Virus record (IMG/VR): IMGVR_UViG_3300036715_003541
Span: 1 to 64,000 of that record
Reading direction: 5' to 3' (one strand)
Origin: a virus
Length of the DNA stretch: 64,000 nucleotides
A model generated the notes under the pieces. The model was not told where the DNA came from. It worked only from the letters and a program-made list of their open reading frames with translations, and searched no databases. Of this stretch, positions 37,140-47,924 are shown one piece after another (positions within the stretch are counted from its first letter, which is position 1; the number at the start of each line of letters is the position of its first letter). The position numbers were made by a program, and so were the translations under genes.

Positions 37140-39921
37140 TGTATTTTTTATATTTTTCTAACAAATACCCATTGTTTCTATATGTTTTTGCAATTTTTCT
37201 GTTTGCTTTATTCTTAGAGATTTTTAACAGCATTTTCTTTATAGACTTTATACTCGCATATGCAGAATCTTTTCTAGCATCCTCATCTTTTATTTCATCT
37301 GTATAAGTATGAGGTTCAACTTCATCCTCCATAGACTCCGTATCAATTTCATCTACTTTTAATTCTTGTTTTGCTGGCTTCTCAGATTTCATGTCTGCTA
37401 ATTGACTCACCAAAAACATCTTTATTTCTTCAAGTTGTTTTTTTGTTTTCTTAGATAAGCTACTTTTTAAAACATCCAATTGTTTACTAGTCATTTTATT
37501 TATCTTGCTTGTATTTTTTAAGATAAATTGTATTAACTCATCATTATTTTCAGATTCTTCAACTTGCATCTCAGGCTCAGTAGAAGATTGTTCCGGTAAA
37601 GATTCAACTGGCTTAACAGTAGTATCTTCATATACAACTTCACTTGGAGCATTACTTAGCTCTACTTCTTCTTGGATAATTGCTTGTATAGAATTTATTG
37701 CTGAAATTAAATTTGATTTATATTCATTGTCAGGATAATGTTCTATTTCATTTTTTAAAGATAAAAATTTAGAATAAAGATTGGTGAGCAACTCTTGTTT
37801 TTTATCTTTATTTAATTCAGAAGTTTCACCATTGTAGATTTTATCTACAAAAATACGATTACCATCTGTAATGTATGTGAATAATGTTTTTATTTTTTTA
37901 ACAACACTTTCAATACCTTCTTTGTCTAGTAAAGATCTTCCAATATTTGAAAACAAACCATTTAACTTGGAAGATGTATCTTCCACTAAAAGATTATTTA
38001 TATTTTCATTTGTCTTGCTTTTTTCTTTTGAATATTGATATTCAAAAATGTTAGAATGAAATATGAATTTACCATTTTCATAAGAGCCAAGATTCATTAA
38101 CTCAGATTCAACTTCACTTGGTAATTGACTTGTTGCAAGCAAATAATTAATAGAAGATAACTCTTTGTTAAAACTTCTTGTGATATATTTTTCCAAATTT
38201 TTTATAGATTCTAATGTTTGATTTTCTTTCTTGAATTTCATGGATTCTAATAGTGATTTTATTTTTGAAATCATTTTTTCATTAAAAGAAATAAATGAAG
38301 AATTCAAATCCTCCAAATCTACATCTGACAAATTATCAGAACTTACCAACACACCATGTTCTTCAAACAAATCCATTAAATCTTTTTCGGATTTTGTTCC
38401 TTCATTCATTTTTTTCTTGAATGCAACAACAACTGGAATTTCTGGAGATTCAGTGGGTTTATGTTCTGTAATTAATGGCGCACTTTCTGTAATAACTTCT
38501 GTTGCTGTTTTTACAGCCGCTTCAGTAATTGCTGCAGCCTCTGGATTTTTAGGAGTTTTACGTGGTCTGCCTCTGCCACGCTTTACAGGCTCTTCTACCT
38601 TTGTTGGCACTACAGTTGTGTCTACTACGATTGGAGCCGTAGAATCGTTATCTATGGGGCTTACAGGTACTATCTCTGGACCTACTGCCATTGCTGTATC
38701 AATGGCTGCATCCGCAATGGATGAATCTGTATCCAATGATTGTTCTATCTTCTCATAAGAAGCGGCTGCAATATCTGATAATTCTGCATTGTCTGAAGAT
38801 TCTAATTTCTTTAAAGATAAAACGGTAGCTTTTAATTTTGGAGAAGATACTTTTTTCTCCGAAGCTTGTATCGCCAAAGCGGCAACAGAATCTGTTAATG
38901 CCTTAATTTGATCTTGAATACCAGCTAAATTATCTTGGCTTCTGGAATTTAAAAGCATTAACATTCCATTTAATTTATCTTCTAAAGAATTTGAATATGC
39001 AGCCTCACTAATAGATTGTTCATTTAACTCACCGGGTACCACAGAATCGATTTCTTTTTGAGCAACTTTCTTTTCTACCAATTCTTTTTTTACTGACTCT
39101 GTGTAAACTTCAGAACTTGGTAAAATAGATAAAATAGGTTTTAATGTTGTTTCTTCAAATTTCTTAAAAGAAGCTAAAGCATTGTTTGCATCACGTGTAA
39201 TACCAGCGAAAGAATTTAAATAAGAAGAGTAATTTCTTTTACTTAAATAAAGCTTCATTGCCTTAAATTTATCACGTATGCTTTTTTCAATAGATTTTGC
39301 TTTACGCAATTCTAATTCTGTATTTTGTGCAAATTGTTTGAATTTTGGATCAACTCTGCAAAGTTCATTAATACTTGAGCCAAAGAAAAAGTTTATAACC
39401 ATAGAGCCAGCGAATGAATCCAATAATGAATCCATAACGCCAGCAGTTTTTACAAGTTGTTGACGAGATAATCTTGCTTCTTTTGTACCCATTCTTTGCA
39501 ATAAATTTTGTATTTCTTGCTTTTGTTTTTCAGAATAGTTTTTAGATCTATCTCGATAAAGATTTTCAGCAAATTGTTTTACATATTGACTATTTTCAAT
39601 ATCTGAAGAAAATTCCGCACCTTTTGCAGTAATTTCACCCAAACGATAATAAAAATTAGAAATATAAGTGGAAGCCAAAACATAATCTTTATCTTTAATA
39701 GCAGTTGTTGCATTTTTTAAAATTCTTTCAAATGTTTCTGAAGAACTAAAACCACTCGCATCACCAACTGCTATTTTACGAATATCACCATCAAGTGCAC
39801 GAATCGCATCACCATATTGTTTTAAATCAGATGAAAAGAATTCTGCGATAGTTCCAGCAATATTTGTATTAAAATAAAAGAAGTTTCCAACTTCGTATTC
39901 AGATTGAGCTTTTTTTTTCAT
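37132..39921 (-). CDS. Large putative internal head protein with AT-hook
   Basis: 929 aa; KKAQ, KEAR and KTAG motifs; KRGRGRPRK AT-hook. Confidence 0.6.
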   Translation of the reverse strand: MKKKAQSEYEVGNFFYFNTNIAGTIAEFFSSDLKQYGDAIRALDGDIRKIAVGDASGFSSSETFERILKNATTAIKDKDYVLASTYISNFYYRLGEITAKGAEFSSDIENSQYVKQFAENLYRDRSKNYSEKQKQEIQNLLQRMGTKEARLSRQQLVKTAGVMDSLLDSFAGSMVINFFFGSSINELCRVDPKFKQFAQNTELELRKAKSIEKSIRDKFKAMKLYLSKRNYSSYLNSFAGITRDANNALASFKKFEETTLKPILSILPSSEVYTESVKKELVEKKVAQKEIDSVVPGELNEQSISEAAYSNSLEDKLNGMLMLLNSRSQDNLAGIQDQIKALTDSVAALAIQASEKKVSSPKLKATVLSLKKLESSDNAELSDIAAASYEKIEQSLDTDSSIADAAIDTAMAVGPEIVPVSPIDNDSTAPIVVDTTVVPTKVEEPVKRGRGRPRKTPKNPEAAAITEAAVKTATEVITESAPLITEHKPTESPEIPVVVAFKKKMNEGTKSEKDLMDLFEEHGVLVSSDNLSDVDLEDLNSSFISFNEKMISKIKSLLESMKFKKENQTLESIKNLEKYITRSFNKELSSINYLLATSQLPSEVESELMNLGSYENGKFIFHSNIFEYQYSKEKSKTNENINNLLVEDTSSKLNGLFSNIGRSLLDKEGIESVVKKIKTLFTYITDGNRIFVDKIYNGETSELNKDKKQELLTNLYSKFLSLKNEIEHYPDNEYKSNLISAINSIQAIIQEEVELSNAPSEVVYEDTTVKPVESLPEQSSTEPEMQVEESENNDELIQFILKNTSKINKMTSKQLDVLKSSLSKKTKKQLEEIKMFLVSQLADMKSEKPAKQELKVDEIDTESMEDEVEPHTYTDEIKDEDARKDSAYASIKSIKKMLLKISKNKANRKIAKTYRNNGYLLEKYKKYNV

Positions 39922-39957
39922 TTATATTTCTCCAAAAGAAATGAGATAATATTCATA

Positions 39958-41685
39958 TTACTCAGGTAATCCAGGTGAAGCTGGCATTGGTGGTGCACCT
40001 AAATCTGTTGGTCCACCTGGTAATCCCATTCCGCTATTACCATCTGGATTTTCTCCAGGTACAAGATCATCTTTTGCTTCCGGAATTTCATCATCATCAT
40101 TTAATGATCTTAGTTCATTTAATGTCATTGTTTCAAGAGAGGCTTTTTCTTTTTTCAAAATAGCTTCTTGAACCAATTCTTTCCTCATTTTAATGACTTC
40201 ATCTTGATAATCTAAACCAAGTGATCTATACAATGTATGAGAAGACACACGTTTTGAACCATCTTGACCTGGAGTTGATAATTCTTTTAAAGTAGAAATA
40301 TAATCTGTAGCGTCAAACAAATTCATGTGATTCCAGTCAACTTCTGGAATAATTAATTTTTTAACATCACCATCATATTCATAAAATTCATGAATTTGTG
40401 CAATTGGAGCAAATACCTTTGTCTTGAGCCAATTTGACATTATATTTCTAAAGGTCATATAACGTTGACGCAATACATCTAACGCAACACCACCATTGGC
40501 ATAACTAATATCCGATGATCCGTCCATAACCACAGATGGTACCATTAAACCAATATACATTTCTTTTAATAATTGTGTGATATCATTTCCAATATCATAA
40601 ATACCACTACCAAATCCAATTCTATCAATAGTTACACCATCATGAGTAAATATCTTGAAATTCTTATCTCCTTCAGCTTGCTCAAAAGTAGCTCTATATG
40701 CTTCCAAGTCAGCTAATGTTGGTTTGAAATCAGCGCTACCAATTTTAACAACAGTTGTTGGATTAACCATAGATGAAGCTTGAACATATTTACTTTCACG
40801 CAACATATCAAAAAGCATTAAGTTTCTAAAAATAGATAATGGTAAACCAGAACCACGAACTTCATAAGAAGACGTTTTATTCGCCAAATAAGAGGCATTG
40901 AAACTATTCATAACAATGTTACCACCCTTACGAACAGCATCTACAATGTAAGGATTTAACTGTCTACGTTCTTCAATATCAGATGGCTTATTTGAACTTA
41001 CTAATTTTTTCAAACGATCATCTGGCTTCATCATAATAATAGGATGATTGCTTGATGGGCTTTTTTGAACAATCATGTAATCTGGATTTTGAATAATAAT
41101 TCTACTCCACTTACCTGTTGATTCATCCAACTCTAAATAAGGGAATACCTCACCCAAAAGCCAATACTCATGAGCCATTTCTATACAAACATTCATTAAA
41201 TCTATTTCTTCAATCATTTCTGTGAAGAATCTTTCAATATCTTTGTTTGCACATTTAATATTTAATTTACTAATAGGATAAGTACTATGTAAACTAATAG
41301 CATTTCTTACAATTGGATTTAAAGCATAAAAAGCACGTGCCCATGCATTTACTGTAACTCTATCACGTGGTAAGCTTAAATTAGATGTAAGCCATAATGG
41401 AGAATATATCTCTGTTGCTTGACGGAAAGAATCCCCTTGTGAACCTGAGTATCCACCGGAACTGGCTGCAATTTGAGCTTTTTTAGAAATACCACCTAAC
41501 ACAATACCACTTGATGTTAAACCTTCTTTTCGGGTAACATAAGATCCTTGTCGGAATAAACCATTTTCAACATCTTGAGTAATTTGTTCGCGACGAAACT
41601 GAGACACACTTCTTCGTATTGTTTCTGTTGCATCTGGTAAGTGGCTTTTATTTGACATGTATTTTTCGGATTTAGAGAAAGTCAT
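39958..41685 (-). CDS. Portal protein
   Basis: FYALNPIVRNAISLH, EYWLLGEVFPY, NPDY and GLMVP motifs; Pro/Gly tail; adjacent to terminase. Confidence 0.85.
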   Translation of the reverse strand: MTFSKSEKYMSNKSHLPDATETIRRSVSQFRREQITQDVENGLFRQGSYVTRKEGLTSSGIVLGGISKKAQIAASSGGYSGSQGDSFRQATEIYSPLWLTSNLSLPRDRVTVNAWARAFYALNPIVRNAISLHSTYPISKLNIKCANKDIERFFTEMIEEIDLMNVCIEMAHEYWLLGEVFPYLELDESTGKWSRIIIQNPDYMIVQKSPSSNHPIIMMKPDDRLKKLVSSNKPSDIEERRQLNPYIVDAVRKGGNIVMNSFNASYLANKTSSYEVRGSGLPLSIFRNLMLFDMLRESKYVQASSMVNPTTVVKIGSADFKPTLADLEAYRATFEQAEGDKNFKIFTHDGVTIDRIGFGSGIYDIGNDITQLLKEMYIGLMVPSVVMDGSSDISYANGGVALDVLRQRYMTFRNIMSNWLKTKVFAPIAQIHEFYEYDGDVKKLIIPEVDWNHMNLFDATDYISTLKELSTPGQDGSKRVSSHTLYRSLGLDYQDEVIKMRKELVQEAILKKEKASLETMTLNELRSLNDDDEIPEAKDDLVPGENPDGNSGMGLPGGPTDLGAPPMPASPGLPE

Positions 41686-41696
41686 TTGCTACCTTG

Positions 41697-43571
41697 TTAA
41701 TATCTTCTTGAACTATAACCCAATATAGCAAGTGGTTTTTTATTTTTTTCTAAATTGTTTTTCTGTGATAACTGACTTGTATCTTTAAATGCTGATGTAA
41801 TTAAATACTTATAAGCTAAATAAGCATTTAACAAAGCCATCAACCCGTCATTTGGTGTGCTTCCTTTAATATAAGTAATATTAGGTTCACCTGTAACAAG
41901 AGGAATTGCTGCTTTCAACTCCATACTGCAACAATGTTCAATCAACCATGCTATTGCATCATAATTTTTTAATGGAAATCTAATAGATCCAGATTTAAAC
42001 AAATCAAATATTTCACCAATATAATAACTTCTTTCAAATTGAATTTCTGGAACATCCATATTTCCAACAAATCTCGCTCTTCCAGCAGCTTTAATAGAAC
42101 CTTGGGCGCGAGAAACAATATATTTATCACCATGCTCCAAATGTAACATTTGAGACAAGTCATTAGAGAAACCGATATCACCAACAACCAAATCTACAGA
42201 GTATTTTCGAATTAACTCAGCTATAATTTGTTTCTTATATTCAGGTGTATTTTTCTTTAACTTAATAGCAAGTTCAATGTCAAATAAGTTAGGTCCTTTA
42301 ACAGATAATATAACTACTGTTGAATAAGATTTTCCCTTTCCACTTTTATCAGGGTAAGCCAATTGTTCGGCATCAGACTTGCCACCAAAGTCGATACCCA
42401 TAATAACCATTTTTTCATCACCTTGTTTTATTCCCGCTCTCATAGCGCGATCAAGATCACCACAATTATTATAAATTTCCTCTGTATCCATAGGAGAGGT
42501 ATCTCCTTGGTAAAATTCTCCTAATGTTTCATTTTGATAACTACGCTCTGTAACGTTTGGATTAAAACTTGGCTTTTGTTTTAATAAATCTTCCTTAGTA
42601 ATGTTAGGCATGTATAATTGATTGATATGATAACCAACATACATACATTTATCTTCGTTTTCATTAAAAGCAACCCATTTACCTCTACCAGCTGCGGGTC
42701 TTTTATCTTGTTCATGACCACAATGTGTACATTTTACAGTGTAACCTGTAATCCAAATGTTTTCCCATTCATTTGATTCTGGTGTATACAATGGGAAATA
42801 TTCTTTACAAGATTCACACCCCAAATAATAATATTGTTGATTTGAACTTAACCACATTTCATGGAAGTCAGATCCTTTTTTCTTTGCGGTACCAAAGTAA
42901 ACTTGCACACCACTACCTGGTGGTCCTATTTTTGATTGATTGAGGATTTTTGTACAATTGTTTATTGCATCCAATCTCATATCTTGCACTTCGTCAAAGA
43001 AAATAATATCACAAGTACGACCACGAATACGGTCGCCGTTTGCGCCTGTTGATTCAATCGCCAATGTATTTTTATTGAATTGTTTAAAACTTAATGATTC
43101 TTCAATACCTTTATCCAACTTGGAAACCATAAAAGGTATTTTATTTTGTACTTTTTTTGTTTTTTTATTTACTGTAACTTCAGTTTCTAAAACAATAGGA
43201 ACTGATTCTTGAATCATTGGTTGAAATTTTGTTTTTGAATAAATTTGAGCCAAACCAATTGTTGGGAATAAATGAATAATTCTTAATGGTATTCTATCTT
43301 CCACACCATACAAGCCAGATGCTAAAAAATAACATTCCATAACAGAAGCCATGGTTGTTTTACCAACCTGACGTGAAGCAACAATAACAAGTGGTTTGCC
43401 TTGTCTTTCAATAGACTTTAAACCAACATATCTATAAATATCAGCAAATGGCTTCCAGCTAAGTTCACTTACTCGAAATTTACCACCATCAATGGTTAGA
43501 TATTTTTCAACAAAATAAACGGGATCATAATTTAATATTTTTTCTTTTAATTTATCAAAAAAATCTTGCAT
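41697..43571 (-). CDS. terL: Terminase large subunit (gpA-like)
   Basis: Walker A SRQVGKTT, Walker B IFFDEVQD, two CxxC, nuclease GIDFGG. Start moved to ATG 43571, past the hairpin. Confidence 0.92.
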   Translation of the reverse strand: MQDFFDKLKEKILNYDPVYFVEKYLTIDGGKFRVSELSWKPFADIYRYVGLKSIERQGKPLVIVASRQVGKTTMASVMECYFLASGLYGVEDRIPLRIIHLFPTIGLAQIYSKTKFQPMIQESVPIVLETEVTVNKKTKKVQNKIPFMVSKLDKGIEESLSFKQFNKNTLAIESTGANGDRIRGRTCDIIFFDEVQDMRLDAINNCTKILNQSKIGPPGSGVQVYFGTAKKKGSDFHEMWLSSNQQYYYLGCESCKEYFPLYTPESNEWENIWITGYTVKCTHCGHEQDKRPAAGRGKWVAFNENEDKCMYVGYHINQLYMPNITKEDLLKQKPSFNPNVTERSYQNETLGEFYQGDTSPMDTEEIYNNCGDLDRAMRAGIKQGDEKMVIMGIDFGGKSDAEQLAYPDKSGKGKSYSTVVILSVKGPNLFDIELAIKLKKNTPEYKKQIIAELIRKYSVDLVVGDIGFSNDLSQMLHLEHGDKYIVSRAQGSIKAAGRARFVGNMDVPEIQFERSYYIGEIFDLFKSGSIRFPLKNYDAIAWLIEHCCSMELKAAIPLVTGEPNITYIKGSTPNDGLMALLNAYLAYKYLITSAFKDTSQLSQKNNLEKNKKPLAILGYSSRRY

Positions 43572-43584
43572 ACATATATGCAAC

Positions 43585-43611
43585 AAAAAAGCCCATAAAA
43601 ATGGGCTTTTT
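43585..43611. terminator. Terminator-like hairpin upstream of terL
   Basis: AAAAAGCCCAT-AAAA-ATGGGCTTTTT. Confidence 0.75.
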
Positions 43612-43612
43612 A

Positions 43613-44236
43613 TCACATATTGCTTTTAAATCCGAATGGATCATCTTGAATATCATCGAATTCAACTTTTTTATCTACTCGACCTAAACGGCTTTCATCT
43701 TGATTATTAGGTATCTTAGATCTTTCTTCTTTGTTTGCTTTGCTTACATAAAGAATCAAGCGTTCATCTCCCCAATGTTTTGAACTTTTGCTTTCTTTTG
43801 AATAAATCTTTTGCAGTCTTTCAAAAATAGCAGGTACAGGTAGTAAGCCTTTTGTATCTTGTATGATATTATGTATTGTATTTTGTATGGATGGTAATTC
43901 TTTGAAAATTTCAGGTTCACCCCTGTCAACATTACCTTCAGCTTCCATAGGTGATTTTTGTTGTTGTGCTTTTTTGCCTTTCAAGTAATCATAATAACCA
44001 CTACGCTTTTGCATATCTTCAACAATTGCTTTTACAGTTGGAAATTTTGATTTTTTATTCAAAATATTATTGATTTGATCAATCATAGATGAACTTGGTT
44101 GAACAGCTTTTTTATTAAGTTCCTCTTTGAAATATTTTTCAATTTCTGAGGAATTGTCGGATACTTTAGAAAATGGTTTATATTTCATAATTGTCCTAAT
44201 GTTAACTTTATGATTGATAACTTGCAGCAAAATCAA
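43613..44236 (-). CDS. Hypothetical head-associated protein
   Basis: KKAV and KKAQ motifs; the true start may be MKYKPF. Confidence 0.6.
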   Translation of the reverse strand: MILLQVINHKVNIRTIMKYKPFSKVSDNSSEIEKYFKEELNKKAVQPSSSMIDQINNILNKKSKFPTVKAIVEDMQKRSGYYDYLKGKKAQQQKSPMEAEGNVDRGEPEIFKELPSIQNTIHNIIQDTKGLLPVPAIFERLQKIYSKESKSSKHWGDERLILYVSKANKEERSKIPNNQDESRLGRVDKKVEFDDIQDDPFGFKSNM

Positions 44237-45086
44237 AATTATCTGAAGAAGTCAAATCAATATTATCATCTCCAAATAAACCACGATCCAAACGTAGTGG
44301 ATATCCCATATCTTTTAATAACAACATCATTTCCATTTTTTCACGCTCATCCAATTTATATTTTTTAGCCAAAGTCATAAATGTTTCTTCCAAATCATGA
44401 CCAGCAGATACTTTGCTATTTATACAAATTTTGCACAAACCTAAAATAAGTAAAGGAACAGTTACACTAATTCCATGGATTTTTGTACTACCAGCATTCT
44501 TTACAAACTGAGAGTCATATACAGAGAAAAATGCTTTTTTCTTTTTTCTTTGCTTTACTCTTTCCAATCTATTTTCTAAAGAATCTAATCCATCTTCTAT
44601 TTTTTGACGAATAACTTCTATTTTTTCATGAGGAAGTTCGCCATCCAAATCCAAACGCATAGCTGTTGATATTTCTTTATCTAGCTTTTCCATATAAGCA
44701 ATGGCTCGCTCTAATCCCGCAGTATCAACCCCTGAATGTCTAGGTACAGAATTGACTCTTTCTTGTACCCAAGGAACAAACCCCTCTGGACCGTATGCCT
44801 CCCAATCCCACTTGTCTTTTGGAGCGTTTGATTGGCTGTCAAACTCACTTTCTTCTTCTTCATCTTCATCTTCATCAATAACAATTTCTTCAATTGGACC
44901 ACTTACACCCAATAACTCAGGCATTACAATGATCTGTGGCTCTTCTTCATCTGCAATTTCCACAACATCTGTTGGTAGTTCGTCGATGATCATATCACCA
45001 TCTTCATCCATAGAAATACTAGCTTCTGGTGCATGTTCCAATTTTGAAAAAATTGCTTCTATTAATTCTTGTGCTGTTTTATTCAT
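44208..45086 (-). CDS. Hypothetical head-associated protein
   Basis: MNKTAQ start, acidic N-terminus, INSKVSAGHDLE. Confidence 0.65.
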   Translation of the reverse strand: MNKTAQELIEAIFSKLEHAPEASISMDEDGDMIIDELPTDVVEIADEEEPQIIVMPELLGVSGPIEEIVIDEDEDEEEESEFDSQSNAPKDKWDWEAYGPEGFVPWVQERVNSVPRHSGVDTAGLERAIAYMEKLDKEISTAMRLDLDGELPHEKIEVIRQKIEDGLDSLENRLERVKQRKKKKAFFSVYDSQFVKNAGSTKIHGISVTVPLLILGLCKICINSKVSAGHDLEETFMTLAKKYKLDEREKMEMMLLLKDMGYPLRLDRGLFGDDNIDLTSSDNFDFAASYQS

Positions 45087-45613
45087 TAAAACCTCTTATA
45101 GTTACGTACTATTGTATTATTTATATGATAATATTTATTATCATCATAAAATTTTGTTTGAAGATCTGGATCATCCACTTCATCTTCTGGTAAACCTTGA
45201 TTCAAATAAGAATTTTCAAACAAAGATTGAATAGATTTATTAATTCTTTCCATTTTACATTTAAGTTTTTGAGACTTATTTTCATCTATAACTTTATCAT
45301 CTAAATCGTAACCATAATTTAATTGATCTTGAGTTTTACCAGCATCATCTGGTTCATACACAGGGTAACTATCAAAACTAAATGGATTTATATTTAATGT
45401 TGGTTCTATTGTAGAATAATTATCAGCATGAAAATCAAAACCAAGTGATACAAATGCTTGCCTTTTTATTTTTCTTTTCTTTCTAGCATTTCTTTTTTTT
45501 CTTGATTTATCTAAAAAATCTTTCACACTTTTATATTCAGACATATGCTCATACAAGCCAGCGCCAGGACCCGTTGGATCATCTACTTTATCGTAGTTTT
45601 TAAAAAATATCAT
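45086..45613 (-). CDS. Hypothetical protein
   Basis: Likely start MIFFKNY (ATGA overlap); basic KKRNARKKRK patch. Confidence 0.55.
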   Translation of the reverse strand: MIFFKNYDKVDDPTGPGAGLYEHMSEYKSVKDFLDKSRKKRNARKKRKIKRQAFVSLGFDFHADNYSTIEPTLNINPFSFDSYPVYEPDDAGKTQDQLNYGYDLDDKVIDENKSQKLKCKMERINKSIQSLFENSYLNQGLPEDEVDDPDLQTKFYDDNKYYHINNTIVRNYKRF

Positions 45614-46350
45614 TTGTCCCTGCTCTTGTAAAAAGGATATAAAGTAGTTGTAATTGGTATTTTTTCCCACAAATTTGTTTTATTAATTGTATCAATTGTT
45701 TTCTCAAGATTTAACTCTAAACATTGATCTATTTTCTTTTTTAAATAAGATGCCTGATCAATCACAATTGGGCTTTGTCTTAAAAATTCTATACAATCAT
45801 CATTTAAATTGTAATCCAATTTCGCGCAAAGATAAATAGCTCGTATAATCCTTTTGTCATCATGAAAGGTTGTCTCAGCATCAATAGGAGGCAAAAGCAT
45901 CTTTGTTTTTACACTTTCTGAGCCTTTGTTTGTTGGATCAAATATCTTATGGAAATTCATATCTGACAAAAAAGCATTGCATGTAAAATCTCTACTATAC
46001 ATTTCTTTTAATAAATTTGTTGGATTTACATTTAAATCTTTCAACTTGTTTTCAATATCTGGATGATTATAATTTGAAGAAAAATCCATTTTAATATTCG
46101 CAAATTGAACGGATTTGTGACCATCTGTTGCTGTTGTGGTAGTGATATTAAAAGACTTCTTGAAATAATTGGAAACTTCATCGGCTAATAAGAAAACAGA
46201 TTTATCACCCGTTGTAATATCAATATCATTGATATCGGATAAATCACCACGGTATTTATCACGAACAAGACCACCACAAAGATATGGAGTAGAAAACCCA
46301 TTATCTTTTGCGATGGTATCAATGGTTGATAAAATTTCCTTTAGTTTCAT
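45610..46350 (-). CDS. CCA-adding/poly(A) polymerase family nucleotidyltransferase (short)
   Basis: YLCGGLVRD...DIDITT, RDFTCNA and DDKRIIRA class II NTase motifs; 246 aa. Confidence 0.88.
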   Translation of the reverse strand: MKLKEILSTIDTIAKDNGFSTPYLCGGLVRDKYRGDLSDINDIDITTGDKSVFLLADEVSNYFKKSFNITTTTATDGHKSVQFANIKMDFSSNYNHPDIENKLKDLNVNPTNLLKEMYSRDFTCNAFLSDMNFHKIFDPTNKGSESVKTKMLLPPIDAETTFHDDKRIIRAIYLCAKLDYNLNDDCIEFLRQSPIVIDQASYLKKKIDQCLELNLEKTIDTINKTNLWEKIPITTTLYPFYKSRDK

Positions 46351-47924
46351 TTAACTTCCGTTGGAAGGTTAGGCGCTACTGGAGCTGCTGGTGTAACTGG
46401 AGTTTGTGTGGATGCTGCTGGAACAGCCGCTTCTTCTACTTCAATTTCTGGCGCTTCTTGTTTATTGATTGAATCGTTTTCTTTTTGTTTTTTCATTTCA
46501 TACTTTAACTTTTCATTTTGTTCATCTTTTTCAAGACCTGATTTTAAAGCATCAACTTCTGGGTTTGAAATTTTAGTGGAATTATCTTGTGATAAATCTA
46601 AATTTTTAATCTTCAAACTGCTATACAAACGAGATAAAATAGCGTCAATACGAGTAGCAACATAGTTATTTGATTCTAAGCTTTTATTTGTTGCTTCTGA
46701 TAATTCAGGAAAATAAGTTGATAAATCTAATTTATTTAACATTAAATCGACCAAAGATAATTGTCTTGGTATCTCACGTGTTTTAAAGATTTTTGATATT
46801 TGCTCAAGCTTATTAATAACATCTTGCAATTTAACATTACCTAATGCTCCATCTAATAGCGAATCAAATTCATTGGCATTAATTTCGCCTACTTGCCCCG
46901 TGGAAGCGTCTTCGCCTACCTCAATATCTGCTTGTGGCTTATCAATAGGTGCAGTTGTTACAGGAGCTTGTGCGCTGTTTAAAGCATTACCCTCTGGAAG
47001 CTGTTGAGCAAATGATGTTAACTCCGATTCTTCTTGACCCTCATCATAAATAACAATTTCATCTTTTTCATCTTCTTCTTCTTCCTCTTCTTCATCATCA
47101 TCTGAATCAAATGTATCTGATTCAAAATTATCACCATTTAGTTTTTTTATAAAACTTTCAATACCTGAGTCATTATCTACTGGTGGAGAAGATTCTGGTG
47201 CAGCTTGTGGGGGTGCTGAGGAATCACCACCAAATGCATCGCCAGTATTTGTTGTATCTGTTAAATTTGGAGTTAGATTTGGTAGGAAGTTTGTGGCTTC
47301 CCCTGTATCTGGACCTTTACCAACCATTTGAGCGATTTTATAAAGATAATTAGCTCCCACTGAAAAACCATCGCGAGAAAGTTTATTACCTTCTCGAACA
47401 ATCATATCTTCATATATTTTTCCACTTGTACTTGCTTTTTTTATTTTTGCAATTGTCTTTCTAACATTATGTAAAGCATCAATAACATTTTCATACTCTT
47501 GACCAATTAAATCGGGAGCATATTCATGTTCAAGTAATTTTTCGGCAGCTTTTAATCGTGCAAGTATTTTTGTTCTTAATTTCATCAATTGATCATTTTT
47601 TATATGATCATTTGCATGTGATTCATCAATGGTTTGATCGGGTTGTTTATAAAAAGGAAGATCAATTGGTAACATATAATCACCATTCGTATAATATTTT
47701 TGCGCTTTTTTATATTTCAAGTGAACTCCTTCTTGATAAAATTTTATCCAATTTAAAAAATGTTCCTTTTCATTATCAGACCAAGATTCGGTGAGAAAAT
47801 GAAAGGCGTTTTTATTTTGCTGTTTATAATACTGCAAATCTTCAAAACATTTAACCCACTTTTCAACATCATATGTTTTACCTGGATTTATGAAATCAAA
47901 AGTTGGATAAGATATTTTTTTCAT
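46347..47924 (-). CDS. Putative head/scaffold-associated acidic protein
   Basis: KKAQ, KKAS and KIAQ motifs; acidic tract; REIPRQL...FPELSEA helical domain. Confidence 0.6.
   Translation of the reverse strand: MKKISYPTFDFINPGKTYDVEKWVKCFEDLQYYKQQNKNAFHFLTESWSDNEKEHFLNWIKFYQEGVHLKYKKAQKYYTNGDYMLPIDLPFYKQPDQTIDESHANDHIKNDQLMKLRTKILARLKAAEKLLEHEYAPDLIGQEYENVIDALHNVRKTIAKIKKASTSGKIYEDMIVREGNKLSRDGFSVGANYLYKIAQMVGKGPDTGEATNFLPNLTPNLTDTTNTGDAFGGDSSAPPQAAPESSPPVDNDSGIESFIKKLNGDNFESDTFDSDDDEEEEEEEDEKDEIVIYDEGQEESELTSFAQQLPEGNALNSAQAPVTTAPIDKPQADIEVGEDASTGQVGEINANEFDSLLDGALGNVKLQDVINKLEQISKIFKTREIPRQLSLVDLMLNKLDLSTYFPELSEATNKSLESNNYVATRIDAILSRLYSSLKIKNLDLSQDNSTKISNPEVDALKSGLEKDEQNEKLKYEMKKQKENDSINKQEAPEIEVEEAAVPAASTQTPVTPAAPVAPNLPTEVK

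Noticed and set aside
38231-46665. Longer + strand ORFs (38231..38758, 44701..45234, 46408..46665) and the other short overlapping ORFs
   Set aside because: Ser/Phe-rich antisense or off-frame shadows of Glu/Lys-rich minus-strand genes.
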